Assembly: GCA_965248925.1 (NCBI GenBank) | Contig: CBDFLE010000005.1 | Span: 128,001 to 192,000 of the forward strand | Reading direction: 5' to 3' | Length of the DNA: 64,000 nt | Source: Candidatus Multivoradales bacterium | GTDB taxonomy: Bacteria; Acidobacteriota; Thermoanaerobaculia; Multivoradales; J023 | Shown: piece after piece, positions 9,966 through 18,552 of the stretch | Position numbering within the stretch: position 1 is the stretch's first letter | Layout of the letters: each line of letters begins with the position of its first letter | Notes under the pieces: generated by a model | Told to the model about the DNA's origin: nothing | The model's database searches: none | The model's input: the letters and a program-made list of their open reading frames with translations, nothing else | Translations under genes and position numbers: made by a program

Positions 9966-11654
9966 ATGAGACATCTCTACCTTCCTATTCTGCTAACTCT
10001 CGCTGTTGTGCTGATGGCTTGCCAATCGCCCAGTGTAGACAGCCAAGGCGGCACCACCCATGAGGCCGAGCCGCGGCCTGGAGCGGCCCTGATGGAGAAA
10101 TACACCTCCTTCACCCTGAGCGCCGATCTAAGTGGCCTCAGCGACGCCCAGCGGCAAATGGTTCCGCTGTTGATCGAAGCCGCCGATGCCATGAACGAGG
10201 CCTTCTGGTTGCAGGCTTACGGCAATCGCGAGCGGCTGTTGAACTCGATCGACGATGCTGATCTGCGCCGTTTCGCCGAGATCAACTACGGTCCCTGGGA
10301 CCGGATCGACGACAACGCTCCCTTTGTCGAAGGTGCTGGCGAGAAGCCCGCCGGGGCCGGCTTCTATCCTGTTGACATGGACAAAGAGGAACTCGAAACA
10401 GCAGCCGCGCAATCGCCGGAGAAAGCCGAGCAGCTGCGTAGCCTCTACACTCTGGTGCAGCGCGACGAAGATGGCGGATTGCGTACCGTGCCCTATAGCG
10501 AAGCCTATGCCGGGCAATACGGCCGCGCTGCTGAGCGTTTGCGCGCCGCCGCCGAGTTGGCTGAGGATGCCGGCTTCAAGCGCTACCTGGAATTGCGCGC
10601 CGAAGCTCTGCTGTCGGACGACTACCTGGCCAGCGATCTAGCTTGGATGGAGATGAAGTCGAACACCCTCGACATCGTCATCGGCCCGATCGAAAGCTAC
10701 GAAGACGCCCTGTTTGGCGCCAAAGCATCGAACGAAGCCTACGTGCTGCTCAAAGATCGCGCCTGGAGTGATCGCCTGGCGCGCTACGCCACCTTCCTGC
10801 CCGAGCTTCAGCGCGGCCTGCCGGTAGTGGATGCCTACAAGCAAGAAACGCCGGGCAGTGATTCGGACCTCGGTGCCTACGACGCCCTGTACTACGCCGG
10901 TGATTGCAACGCCGGCTCCAAGACCATCGCTATCAACCTGCCCAACGACGAGCGGGTGCAATTGCAGAAAGGCACCCGGCGCTTGCAGTTGAAGAACTCC
11001 ATGCGGGCCAAGTTCGAGAAGATCTTGCAGCCGATCGCCGGTCTGCTGATCGATAGCGAGCAGCGCTCGAACATCACCTTCGATGCCTTCTTCGCCAACA
11101 CCATGTTCCACGAGGTTGCCCATGGCCTGGGGATCAAAGAAGTTATCGACGGTTCCGGGCAGACGGTTCGCAAGGCCTTGCAGAATCATGCTTCGGCCCT
11201 CGAAGAAGGCAAGGCCGACGTACTCGGCCTGTACATGATCAGCTCCCTCCACGATCGTGGTGAGCTTGGCGACGGTGCCGACTTGGCTGACAACTACGTC
11301 ACCTTCCTGGCCAGCGTCTTCCGCTCGATCCGCTTCGGCACCTCCAGTTCCCACGGCAAGGCCAACCTGATTCGTTTCAACTACTTCAAAGAACTCGGCG
11401 CCTTCACCCGCGACGCCGCAAGCGGCACCTACCGGGTCGATCAGCAGCAGATGCGGCAGGCGGCCGATGCCCTCTCCGAGCGCATTCTGACCCTGCAAGG
11501 CGACGGCGACTACCAGGCAGTTCAGGCTTTCGTTGACCAATACCTAGTGATGGGCGACGACCTGGCGGCCGATTTAGAGCGCCTGTCCGCCGAAGGGATT
11601 CCGGTCGACATCATCTTCGAGCAGGGCCTGGAGCAGCTCGGCTTGAGTGGTTAG
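9966..11654 (+). CDS. Peptidase M49 / dipeptidyl-peptidase III-like Zn hydrolase, probable lipoprotein
   Basis: Lipobox VLMAC; IGPIESYED, AINLPNDERV, FHEVAHGLG, LEEGKAD. Confidence 0.8.
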   Translation: MRHLYLPILLTLAVVLMACQSPSVDSQGGTTHEAEPRPGAALMEKYTSFTLSADLSGLSDAQRQMVPLLIEAADAMNEAFWLQAYGNRERLLNSIDDADLRRFAEINYGPWDRIDDNAPFVEGAGEKPAGAGFYPVDMDKEELETAAAQSPEKAEQLRSLYTLVQRDEDGGLRTVPYSEAYAGQYGRAAERLRAAAELAEDAGFKRYLELRAEALLSDDYLASDLAWMEMKSNTLDIVIGPIESYEDALFGAKASNEAYVLLKDRAWSDRLARYATFLPELQRGLPVVDAYKQETPGSDSDLGAYDALYYAGDCNAGSKTIAINLPNDERVQLQKGTRRLQLKNSMRAKFEKILQPIAGLLIDSEQRSNITFDAFFANTMFHEVAHGLGIKEVIDGSGQTVRKALQNHASALEEGKADVLGLYMISSLHDRGELGDGADLADNYVTFLASVFRSIRFGTSSSHGKANLIRFNYFKELGAFTRDAASGTYRVDQQQMRQAADALSERILTLQGDGDYQAVQAFVDQYLVMGDDLAADLERLSAEGIPVDIIFEQGLEQLGLSG

Positions 11655-11727
11655 GGCGATGCTAGGAGGCAGCAAGACGAGGCCACCGCGCCAGCTTGTT
11701 CTGCGGCGAGGACTGTGAGGCCCGCTG

Positions 11728-12639
11728 GTGCTGCTGGCCGCGAGTCTGGGTTGTCTCTCCTCGACGGCTGCGGTGGGGGAGCCGGTCGCGACCTATTTCG
11801 GTTTGCAACCGCCGGGGCTAGAGCCGCGCCTGTTCGCTCCGGCGCTGGTGTCGCAGCCCGACCGACATGAGTTTGGTTCCGTGCTCTCGGCCGATGGCAG
11901 CGAGTTGTACTTTGCCATCGACACCGAGGGCCGCTCCGAGATTTGGCAGGCGGTTCGTCACGGTGAGAGCTGGGGCGAGCCGAAGCGGTTGTTGTTCCAC
12001 GCGGAATTCAGTTTCAACGATCCTTTTCTGGCGCCCGATCAACAGCGCCTCTACTTCATTTCTGACCGGCCCTTAGAAACCGCTGGTGAGCAGAAAGACT
12101 TTGATATTTGGTATGCCGAGCGCCACCACACTGGCTGGTCGGCACCCATCAACCTGGGTCCGCCGGTCAATTCAGCCGCTGCCGAGTACTACATCTCGCT
12201 GACCGCCGAGGGTGATCTCTACTTCGCCTTCAACATCGAACCCCGCCAGGGAAGAACCTTCGACTTCGACATCTACGTCGCCTCTATGAGCGGCGGCCAG
12301 TTCGAAGCGCCGGTTCGCTTCGACGCCGCGGTCAATTCCCGCGGTTACGAAGCCGATGCTTTTGTTGCTGGCGACGGTTCCTACCTGATTTTCAGTTCCT
12401 CGCGTCGCGGTGGTCTGGGAAAGGGCGATCTCTACGTCAGCTTCCGCCAAGCAGATGGCAGTTGGAGTACAGCCAAGAACCTCGGACCGCCGATCAACAC
12501 CCCAGGGCACCAGCTGTGCCCGTTTGTGACTGCCGACGGCGAGTATTCGCTGTTTACCAGCGACCAGGACATCTACTGGGTCAAGGCTGCGGTGATCGGC
12601 CGCGCGCCGAGCGAAGAGAATCCAATCGGCGAGCATTGA
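11728..12639 (+). CDS. Secreted PD40/TolB-like beta-propeller protein (start uncertain)
   Basis: Repeats such as SADGSELYF, WSAPINLGPPVNS, GGLGKGDLYVS, NLGPPINT. Confidence 0.75.
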   Translation: MLLAASLGCLSSTAAVGEPVATYFGLQPPGLEPRLFAPALVSQPDRHEFGSVLSADGSELYFAIDTEGRSEIWQAVRHGESWGEPKRLLFHAEFSFNDPFLAPDQQRLYFISDRPLETAGEQKDFDIWYAERHHTGWSAPINLGPPVNSAAAEYYISLTAEGDLYFAFNIEPRQGRTFDFDIYVASMSGGQFEAPVRFDAAVNSRGYEADAFVAGDGSYLIFSSSRRGGLGKGDLYVSFRQADGSWSTAKNLGPPINTPGHQLCPFVTADGEYSLFTSDQDIYWVKAAVIGRAPSEENPIGEH

Positions 12640-12697
12640 ACTACGGCGACCCTTGCACGGCTTGCCGGTTGGCCCCGGCAACAATCACAATGCGGGG

Positions 12698-12955
12698 CTA
12701 TTCGCCGTCCAAGGTCTCGGCGAGGCTGTTGGCGGTCAAGATCCGCTTGGCCCAGCGCCGGAGTTGTTTGCTGTTCGCTGCTTCGATGCGCCGCCGAGTG
12801 ACCTCGTCGACGTCACCGAATCGACTCTCGACAAGGTCGATCAGCAGTTGTGCCTGCCCCTGCTTCCTGCCCTTCGTCAGGCCTTGTTTGAGGCCCTGCT
12901 CACGCCCTTCTCGGAGCCACTGTGCAGGCCATTGTGCGACGGTTTCACGGAGCAT
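12698..12955 (-). CDS. Putative intragenic small protein (RpnS-like antitoxin, 85 aa) in frame within rpn copy 1
   Basis: AGGAGGT-acgcaac-ATG inside the gene, just before the C-terminal domain MLRETVAQW...LDGE. Confidence 0.65.
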   Translation of the reverse strand: MLRETVAQWPAQWLREGREQGLKQGLTKGRKQGQAQLLIDLVESRFGDVDEVTRRRIEAANSKQLRRWAKRILTANSLAETLDGE

Positions 12956-13672
12956 GTTGCGTACCTCCTGCAAATCTTCAAGCACCGGTATCTCGGCGTC
13001 TGGGTAGCGAGCTGGCAGCAAAGAGTGCTGCAAGAAAGCCAAGAACGTGCGACTCAGCCGCGGATCGGCTATGGCCTTCAACCTCTCGACCAATCTTAGC
13101 GCATGGCGCCGCAACTGTCCCGCGCCGCTGCTGCGCTCCAGGTCGAAGAGGATCGACGCCAGGTTGTCGCTGGCTGCCGACGGCGAGGCGCGATGCTCGT
13201 CGATCAGCAAGTAGCGCAGCCGTGGCCGATAGTCGACGCAGTCGTCCGGACCGGGGGTGATCAGCTCGGCGACATCGCTGGGCGCGGTCCATGGCCGACT
13301 GCCATTGTAGATCACCAGCGGCACCACCGGGGGCAGGGTCTCTCCCGGCTTGACCTGGCCGCCGCGGAGTAGCCCTTCGTAGAACAGGCCGAGATAGGTC
13401 ATCAAGCGAAGAGCCATCCAGGGCTCGTTGCGCGACTGGAACTCGAACAACAGGTAGATGTAGATCCACCCCAGGCGGTGGCGCAATCGCCACAGCAGGT
13501 CCTTCTCACGCCGTGCCAGGCGATCGGAGATTTCTACTTCGGGGGCTTTCTCCAGCGTCGAGAAGTCGAGCCCCTGGATCCAATCCCCGCCGCCATGGGC
13601 GCGCAGCAAGTCTTCCACCATCGGTCGGTGAGAGAAAAGCAGGCGGTATGCGCTGTCGTGTTTTTCTGCCAC
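12698..13672 (-). CDS. Rpn family recombination-promoting nuclease (YhgA/Transposase_31, PD-(D/E)XK), copy 1
   Basis: HDSAYRLLFS, REKDLLWR, YIYLLFEFQS, MALRLMTY, LPPVVPLVIYNG; GTG start after AGGAGG; DUF4351-like C-terminus. Confidence 0.88.
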   Translation of the reverse strand: MAEKHDSAYRLLFSHRPMVEDLLRAHGGGDWIQGLDFSTLEKAPEVEISDRLARREKDLLWRLRHRLGWIYIYLLFEFQSRNEPWMALRLMTYLGLFYEGLLRGGQVKPGETLPPVVPLVIYNGSRPWTAPSDVAELITPGPDDCVDYRPRLRYLLIDEHRASPSAASDNLASILFDLERSSGAGQLRRHALRLVERLKAIADPRLSRTFLAFLQHSLLPARYPDAEIPVLEDLQEVRNMLRETVAQWPAQWLREGREQGLKQGLTKGRKQGQAQLLIDLVESRFGDVDEVTRRRIEAANSKQLRRWAKRILTANSLAETLDGE

Positions 13673-13844
13673 TGTCCCTGACCTCCTTTGGTCAAGGACA
13701 TAGACGCAAAACGTTGGTGGAATCTTGCAGGGATCTTGCGACAGGGCGTCGGAGCCTGCTCTAATCGGCTCAGTGGGTGGACTCTTCTGAGCCATTCGAG
13801 AGGGGGCTGGCACCGGCCGAGAAGCAGCCAGCGGGAGGGTAGCT

Positions 13845-16800
13845 ATGCACAAGATCTTCATCAGCTATAGCCGAAGCTCAGCCAGTGACGTGGCCCAAGA
13901 CCTGGACAGGCAGCTAAGCGCCGAGGGTTGTGAAGTTTTTCTCGATACCAAGATGCCGCCCGGCGCGATCTGGCCGACTGCACTGAAGGCAGCGATCGAC
14001 GCCGCCGATGCCATGATCCTGCTGCTGAGCGACGGGGTCGAGAACAGTGACTTCGTCAAATGGGAGGTCGATCATGCCCGCGGCCGTATGGGCCAGGGTG
14101 CGGCCTTGAGTCTGATTCCCATCGAGGTCGACTTTCAGGGGCAACTGGACCCGCGCTTGAAGGCCAGGCTGGGGAGCATCCAGACCTGCTCGTGGGGTCG
14201 TCAGCAGGGCTTCGATGTGCTGCTCGACTTGATCCGCTCCGGCCTTGGCATTCCGGAGGTAGATGCGGTCGCCGAGACCTACCGGGCATGGACACTCGCC
14301 AACCCGCAGCCGGTGCGCTTGATCGGGCTTGGCCCCGACACCAATCTACCTCTGGAGTCGATCTACGTGCCGCTGCGGGTTTCGAGGTGCGAGCGCGATG
14401 GTTTGCATCAGTTGGCGGGTGGTGCGATGTCTGGCCGCGATGTTCTTGGCCGCGGTGCAGAGGAGTTACAGGTTGATTCTCTCTTCCGTGAGGGTGTCAG
14501 CGCCAGTCGGCATACCCTGCTGCTCGGCGAACCCGGCTCCGGCAAGACCACGGCATTGATAAAACTCTATGCTCTGTGCCTCGAGGCGGCCGTTGAGAAT
14601 CTCGGCCTGGCTGGTGGTACATTGCCGGTACCTGTGCGCTTGCGCCACTTGAGCGCCGATGATCTTGGCCGGCCGCTGGGGGAAACCCTTGATCGGGCCC
14701 TGGGCAAACGCTTCACCAAGCCGCCGCTGCCCAGCACCCTCGATCGTCTGTGGCGCGCCGGTCGTCCCTTGCTGCTACTGCTCGATGGTCTCGATGAGAT
14801 CACCGACGACGCCTTGCGGACCGAGGTGTGCGACTATCTGGCATGCCAGCTTGGGGAGGCCGCCGGCAGCAGCGTCCGGGCGGTAGTGACTTGCCGTCGG
14901 GCCTATTCGCGATCAGTAGAGCTGGGCGCAGATTTTTGCACCTTGGAAGTGCGACCGCTCGGACCCAAAGAGGCCGACGACCTAGTTAAGTTGTGGTTCC
15001 GGGCGGCCTCCCACACCATGCCCGACTACTCAGCCCAGCGTGCCCTACGGCGCTCCCAACAGCTGCGCCGGGCGCTGCAAGACAGCGTCAACGAAGGAGC
15101 CCAACTGCGGGTGATCGCTGGCTGGCCACTGATGCTGACCCTGCTCTGTGTGGTGATGGCGAAGCGTGGTGAGATACCGCGCCGACGGGTGGAGTTCTAT
15201 CAACGCTGTGTGCGGCTGTTACTCGAAGAGTGGGGGCCACTCCAGGAGCGCGGTCACAAGGCACCCATCACTACCGATCGAGCGTTGCAGGCCCTGCGCC
15301 CATTGGCCTATGAACTGCGTTCCAATCCTCGCGGTGAGTTGCGCCGGCTACAGGTCGTGCGCTACATCCAGCAGGCTTTGCCGCGGGGTGCGGCGCTGCC
15401 AAGCCGAGTGCTCGAGTGGCTGCGTTGCGAGGCCGGCGTGCTCGATGAGCTGGCGCCACATCGCTTTGGTTTTACCCATCTGGCGCTCGAGGAGTACCTT
15501 GCAGCCGAGCACATCGCCGAGCAGCCCGATGATCAGTTGCTGCTGGACCTCGTCGGCCGCTTCGACGGTGAGCGCTGGTACGAGGTCGCTCAGCTACTGG
15601 TGGCACTGCCCGGCCGCGGCATGTTTGCCCGTCTGATGGAACAGCTGCTCGATGGACCAGCTCTGCTACAACAGGCAGACCTATTGAGACTCTGCATTGA
15701 AGAGGCCGACGAGGTCGATGTAACTCCATTCCTCAAGCGCCTGGCCGACCCAAATCTCGATGCCACTCGCCAGGCCGCCCTATTGCGGCTGATGAGTGGC
15801 CAGCGGGATCCGCGCCTGCTAGAGCAGGCGCGGGCCCTGGCCAGTGGCGAGAATGTTGCGGTAGTCGCTCTCGCCGAACGCTTGATGAATTTGGCTGAGC
15901 AGGCGACTGATGGGTCGACCGAGCGATGCGTTTACCTGGTAGCCCACTCAGCTGATGCAGAACCAGCGGCGGAGGTGGCCAAGGCTCTGCGCCGCGGCGG
16001 CGTGCGGATCTACGAGGTACCGCCCGATGAGCTGTGGTTGGACCATTTCGACCGCATCTGCGAAAACTGTGGTGGCGGCGTCGTGGTGTTGGTCAGCGGC
16101 GGCGAGCCGCCGTGGAGAGACCCCGACGTGGCCGATTTCCTGGAGATTTTCTCCAACCTCGAAGGGCGTGCGCTAACCCTGGCCCGGTTGCCCGGCGCAC
16201 CGTCAGGTTGGGAGCGACTAGAAGACGCTTGGGCCGAGCGTTGCGGCCCGGTGGTCGATCTAACCATCGCCTGTGGCCCAGAGCAGGTCATCGCCCTCGT
16301 TGCCTCTCTGGCTGGCACCGGTCGGCGGGCGCCCGAGACTTCCGTCGGGAGCAGCGATTCAGAGTTCCGTGCCAGGGCCGTCCAGCGGCTCTTGGTGGAG
16401 CCGGTCACCGGCATGCGTTTCCTGTGGGTTGATGGTGGCGAGTTGCGCATGGGTACAGACGAGGAGAGCTGGCCAGGTTTCGAAGATGAATTCTTCGCTG
16501 CCGCCCGGCCGGCCCATGGGGTAGAAGTGTCAGGTTTCTGGCTGGCGGAGACGCCGATGACTAACCGGCAGTACAAGTTTTTCATGGAAGCAGATGAGTT
16601 CGAAGGCAAGCCGCCCGGGCGGTGGACGGATAGGCGCTTCTCAGCCGAAGATCAACCGGTGGTGGGGGTGAGTTGGAGCGCGGCGAGGAGCTGCGCCGCT
16701 TGGCTAGGGCGACAGCTGGGGCAGGGGCGCGATGCTGATCTACCTAGTGAAGCGCAGTGGGAGTGGGCGGCTCGGGGCAAGGATGGGCGAATCTATCCTT

Positions 16801-17174
16801 GGGGTGATGCCGAGCCCACCAGCGAGTTGGCTTGTTTCGGGCTTGACTGGCAGGAGGATCGGCCAGCATCGGTCGGCTCATATCCGGCAGGCCGGGGCCC
16901 CTTCGGTCATCTCGATGTGGCTGGTCTGGTTTGGGAGTGGTGCCTCGATCACTTCGATGGAGGCACTTACAGTCAGCGGTATGGGGCCCCGCCAGAGCGT
17001 GATCCGATTGTCTGGGGCAAGATTGAAAATACTGACGAGGTACGTGTCCTCCGGGGCGGCGGCTGGCCCGATCCCGCGCCGGACCTGCGCTCTGCGATCC
17101 GCTTCAGGTTCCCGGCCAGGAGCCGGTACTCGGTTATCGGCTTTCGTGTGGCCGTCTCTCCCCCGAGCCTTTGA
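13845..17174 (+). CDS. DGR target 1: NLR-like TIR - NACHT - TIR-like - FGE-sulfatase/C-type-lectin-fold protein
   Basis: KIFISYSRS...FVKWEV TIR; Walker A GEPGSGKT; Walker B LLLLDGLDE; FGE motifs LPSEAQWEWAARG, YPWG, GLVWEWC, RVLRGGGW, IGFRV; 3' end is VR1. Confidence 0.9.
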   Translation: MHKIFISYSRSSASDVAQDLDRQLSAEGCEVFLDTKMPPGAIWPTALKAAIDAADAMILLLSDGVENSDFVKWEVDHARGRMGQGAALSLIPIEVDFQGQLDPRLKARLGSIQTCSWGRQQGFDVLLDLIRSGLGIPEVDAVAETYRAWTLANPQPVRLIGLGPDTNLPLESIYVPLRVSRCERDGLHQLAGGAMSGRDVLGRGAEELQVDSLFREGVSASRHTLLLGEPGSGKTTALIKLYALCLEAAVENLGLAGGTLPVPVRLRHLSADDLGRPLGETLDRALGKRFTKPPLPSTLDRLWRAGRPLLLLLDGLDEITDDALRTEVCDYLACQLGEAAGSSVRAVVTCRRAYSRSVELGADFCTLEVRPLGPKEADDLVKLWFRAASHTMPDYSAQRALRRSQQLRRALQDSVNEGAQLRVIAGWPLMLTLLCVVMAKRGEIPRRRVEFYQRCVRLLLEEWGPLQERGHKAPITTDRALQALRPLAYELRSNPRGELRRLQVVRYIQQALPRGAALPSRVLEWLRCEAGVLDELAPHRFGFTHLALEEYLAAEHIAEQPDDQLLLDLVGRFDGERWYEVAQLLVALPGRGMFARLMEQLLDGPALLQQADLLRLCIEEADEVDVTPFLKRLADPNLDATRQAALLRLMSGQRDPRLLEQARALASGENVAVVALAERLMNLAEQATDGSTERCVYLVAHSADAEPAAEVAKALRRGGVRIYEVPPDELWLDHFDRICENCGGGVVVLVSGGEPPWRDPDVADFLEIFSNLEGRALTLARLPGAPSGWERLEDAWAERCGPVVDLTIACGPEQVIALVASLAGTGRRAPETSVGSSDSEFRARAVQRLLVEPVTGMRFLWVDGGELRMGTDEESWPGFEDEFFAAARPAHGVEVSGFWLAETPMTNRQYKFFMEADEFEGKPPGRWTDRRFSAEDQPVVGVSWSAARSCAAWLGRQLGQGRDADLPSEAQWEWAARGKDGRIYPWGDAEPTSELACFGLDWQEDRPASVGSYPAGRGPFGHLDVAGLVWEWCLDHFDGGTYSQRYGAPPERDPIVWGKIENTDEVRVLRGGGWPDPAPDLRSAIRFRFPARSRYSVIGFRVAVSPPSL
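17053..17168 (+). repeat. DGR variable repeat VR1
   Basis: 116 bp colinear with TR 18310-18425; 14 mismatches, all at TR adenines. Confidence 0.96.
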
Positions 17175-17204
17175 TTCTTGTTCATTGGGTGTCTTTTCTG
17201 CGGG

Positions 17205-17227
17205 GTCCAGGGGCAGAGCCCCTGGAC
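17205..17227 (+). promoter_or_regulatory. GC-rich hairpin/cruciform downstream of VR1 (DGR target-recognition element)
   Basis: GTCCAGGGGC-AGA-GCCCCTGGAC, perfect 10-bp stem with 3-nt loop; near-identical hairpin follows VR2. Confidence 0.85.
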
Positions 17228-17303
17228 TCATTTGAAGCGGGTTGTCGACATATCTGGCGAAGTTTGTCAAAGAACTCTGCCAAAGTTGTAAGCTCGTTGC
17301 TCT

Positions 17304-17900
17304 ATGAAGCTCTCCATTCGCGAGACGGCGACCGTCCTGGGCAAGAGCGAGCGCCAGGTGCGCTACATGATCCAGCAAGGTGGGCTGAAGGCAGTCAAAC
17401 ATGGCTCTAGGTGGCGCATCGACGCCGATCACCTGCCTCTGGACGAAGCCCAGCGTCGGGCGCTGGCGCGGCGCATCGACTCGGCTCGGCAAGCCTTCGA
17501 GAAGGGCCTGGCGCCGGCCGAGAAAGCGGTCGGTGAAAGGCGCAAGACCTACACCTTGAACAACCTGGTGGCGTTCGGCACGGGGGCAGAGATTTATCGC
17601 GAGATGCTCTCTTCGCTGGGCTTTGGCGATGTTGCATGCGGCCGGCTGCACGAAGCTCTGATGCTGGTGAGTCGGGGCTTTCACAGCTTCCACCCCAAGG
17701 AGAAGGCGGCCTGTTATTGCGCGGCGCGCTGCGCCGCCGCCACGGCGGTGGGGGAACTTCTCCTGCGGGCGGCTGATGGGGTGGAGCACGGTTGGGCCAG
17801 GCGCCTGGAGGAGGAACTCATTCCCAAAATCGCTGGCCTGGTCGCGGCCAATGAAAAGCGCTCTCGTCGGCACCGCTTCGGCCGTCGCGACGAACTCTGA
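17304..17900 (+). CDS. DGR-associated protein: excisionase/MerR-like HTH fused to four-helix-bundle (IVP/Avd-like) domain
   Basis: LSIRETATVLGKSERQVRYMIQQGGLKAVKHGSRWRI HTH; C-terminal helical domain (LNNLVAF...SRGFHS...EKAACYCAAR). Confidence 0.7.
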   Translation: MKLSIRETATVLGKSERQVRYMIQQGGLKAVKHGSRWRIDADHLPLDEAQRRALARRIDSARQAFEKGLAPAEKAVGERRKTYTLNNLVAFGTGAEIYREMLSSLGFGDVACGRLHEALMLVSRGFHSFHPKEKAACYCAARCAAATAVGELLLRAADGVEHGWARRLEEELIPKIAGLVAANEKRSRRHRFGRRDEL

Positions 17901-17907
17901 GTGCTGC

Positions 17908-18246
17908 ATGGAGCACGCCCCTCTGCTCCGCTCTACCATGGGTCTGTGCGCAGATCTGTTGGAGAGCCTTGAAGCAATTTCCGGCTCGACTCCCCTGCGT
18001 CGCCACCTGGCCGAGGTGGTGCTGCGGTTGCTCGACCACGTGACCTTGGCTGTCGAGCGCCACGACCGGCTCGAAAGCCTGCGCGAGGCCGATGCGGCGC
18101 TAGCGGTGTTGCGGGTTCATCTGACCCTTGCGCTCGAGCTTGAGCTGCTCGATGAGGAAGCCTTCATCGAGCTTGTGGAGCAGGCCGATGGGATTGGACG
18201 GCAGATCGGCGGCTGGTTGCGCCAGCTCGGGCGGTACAGCGAATGA
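17908..18246 (+). CDS. avd: DGR accessory variability determinant Avd (four-helix bundle, 112 aa)
   Basis: L..AD..L..LR..L.LA.EL and IGRQIGGWL ending; immediately upstream of TR and RT. Confidence 0.85.
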   Translation: MEHAPLLRSTMGLCADLLESLEAISGSTPLRRHLAEVVLRLLDHVTLAVERHDRLESLREADAALAVLRVHLTLALELELLDEEAFIELVEQADGIGRQIGGWLRQLGRYSE

Positions 18247-18309
18247 GCGGCGGTGCGGTAAGCTGCGGCGGGCAGACCCGATATCCCGTTTTTGCTTTTG
18301 ATCTGCTCT

Positions 18310-18425
18310 GGGGCGGCGGCTGGAACAATCCCGCGCAGAACCTGCGCTCTGCGATCCGCAACAGGAACCCGGCCAGGAACCGGAACTCGAATATCGGCTT
18401 TCGTGTGGCCGTCTCTCCCCCGAAC
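18310..18425 (+). ncRNA. DGR template repeat (TR)
   Basis: AAC/AAT-rich copy (9 Asn codons, 23 A) of both VRs, located between avd and RT. Confidence 0.96.
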
Positions 18426-18552
18426 ACGCTGACCGCGAGGCACCGTGCAGGGTCTTGTCCTGATGTCTATCGAGGCGTCGAATATCTTGAGCCGGCCCGT
18501 TCTGGTAGGTCCGAAAAGGCCGAAGGTCCGGGTCGGCAACTATGAGTTGCCG

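Larger units (their letters stand above)
12697..13774. repeat. Direct repeat copy 1 (~1.08 kb, rpn gene plus upstream region), pairs with 23325-24390
   Basis: Near-identical sequence; offset 10616 at the 5' side and 10628 at the 3' side (12-nt indel). Confidence 0.9.

Noticed and set aside
17205-17227. Hairpins after the VRs as intrinsic terminators
   Set aside because: No U-tract directly follows either stem; conserved sequence and position relative to both VRs fit DGR cruciforms better, although a dual role is not excluded
16732-17235. 167-aa ORF whose end resembles the tail of the 1207-aa protein
   Set aside because: Shadow frame of target 1; the similarity only reflects the VR2 frameshift
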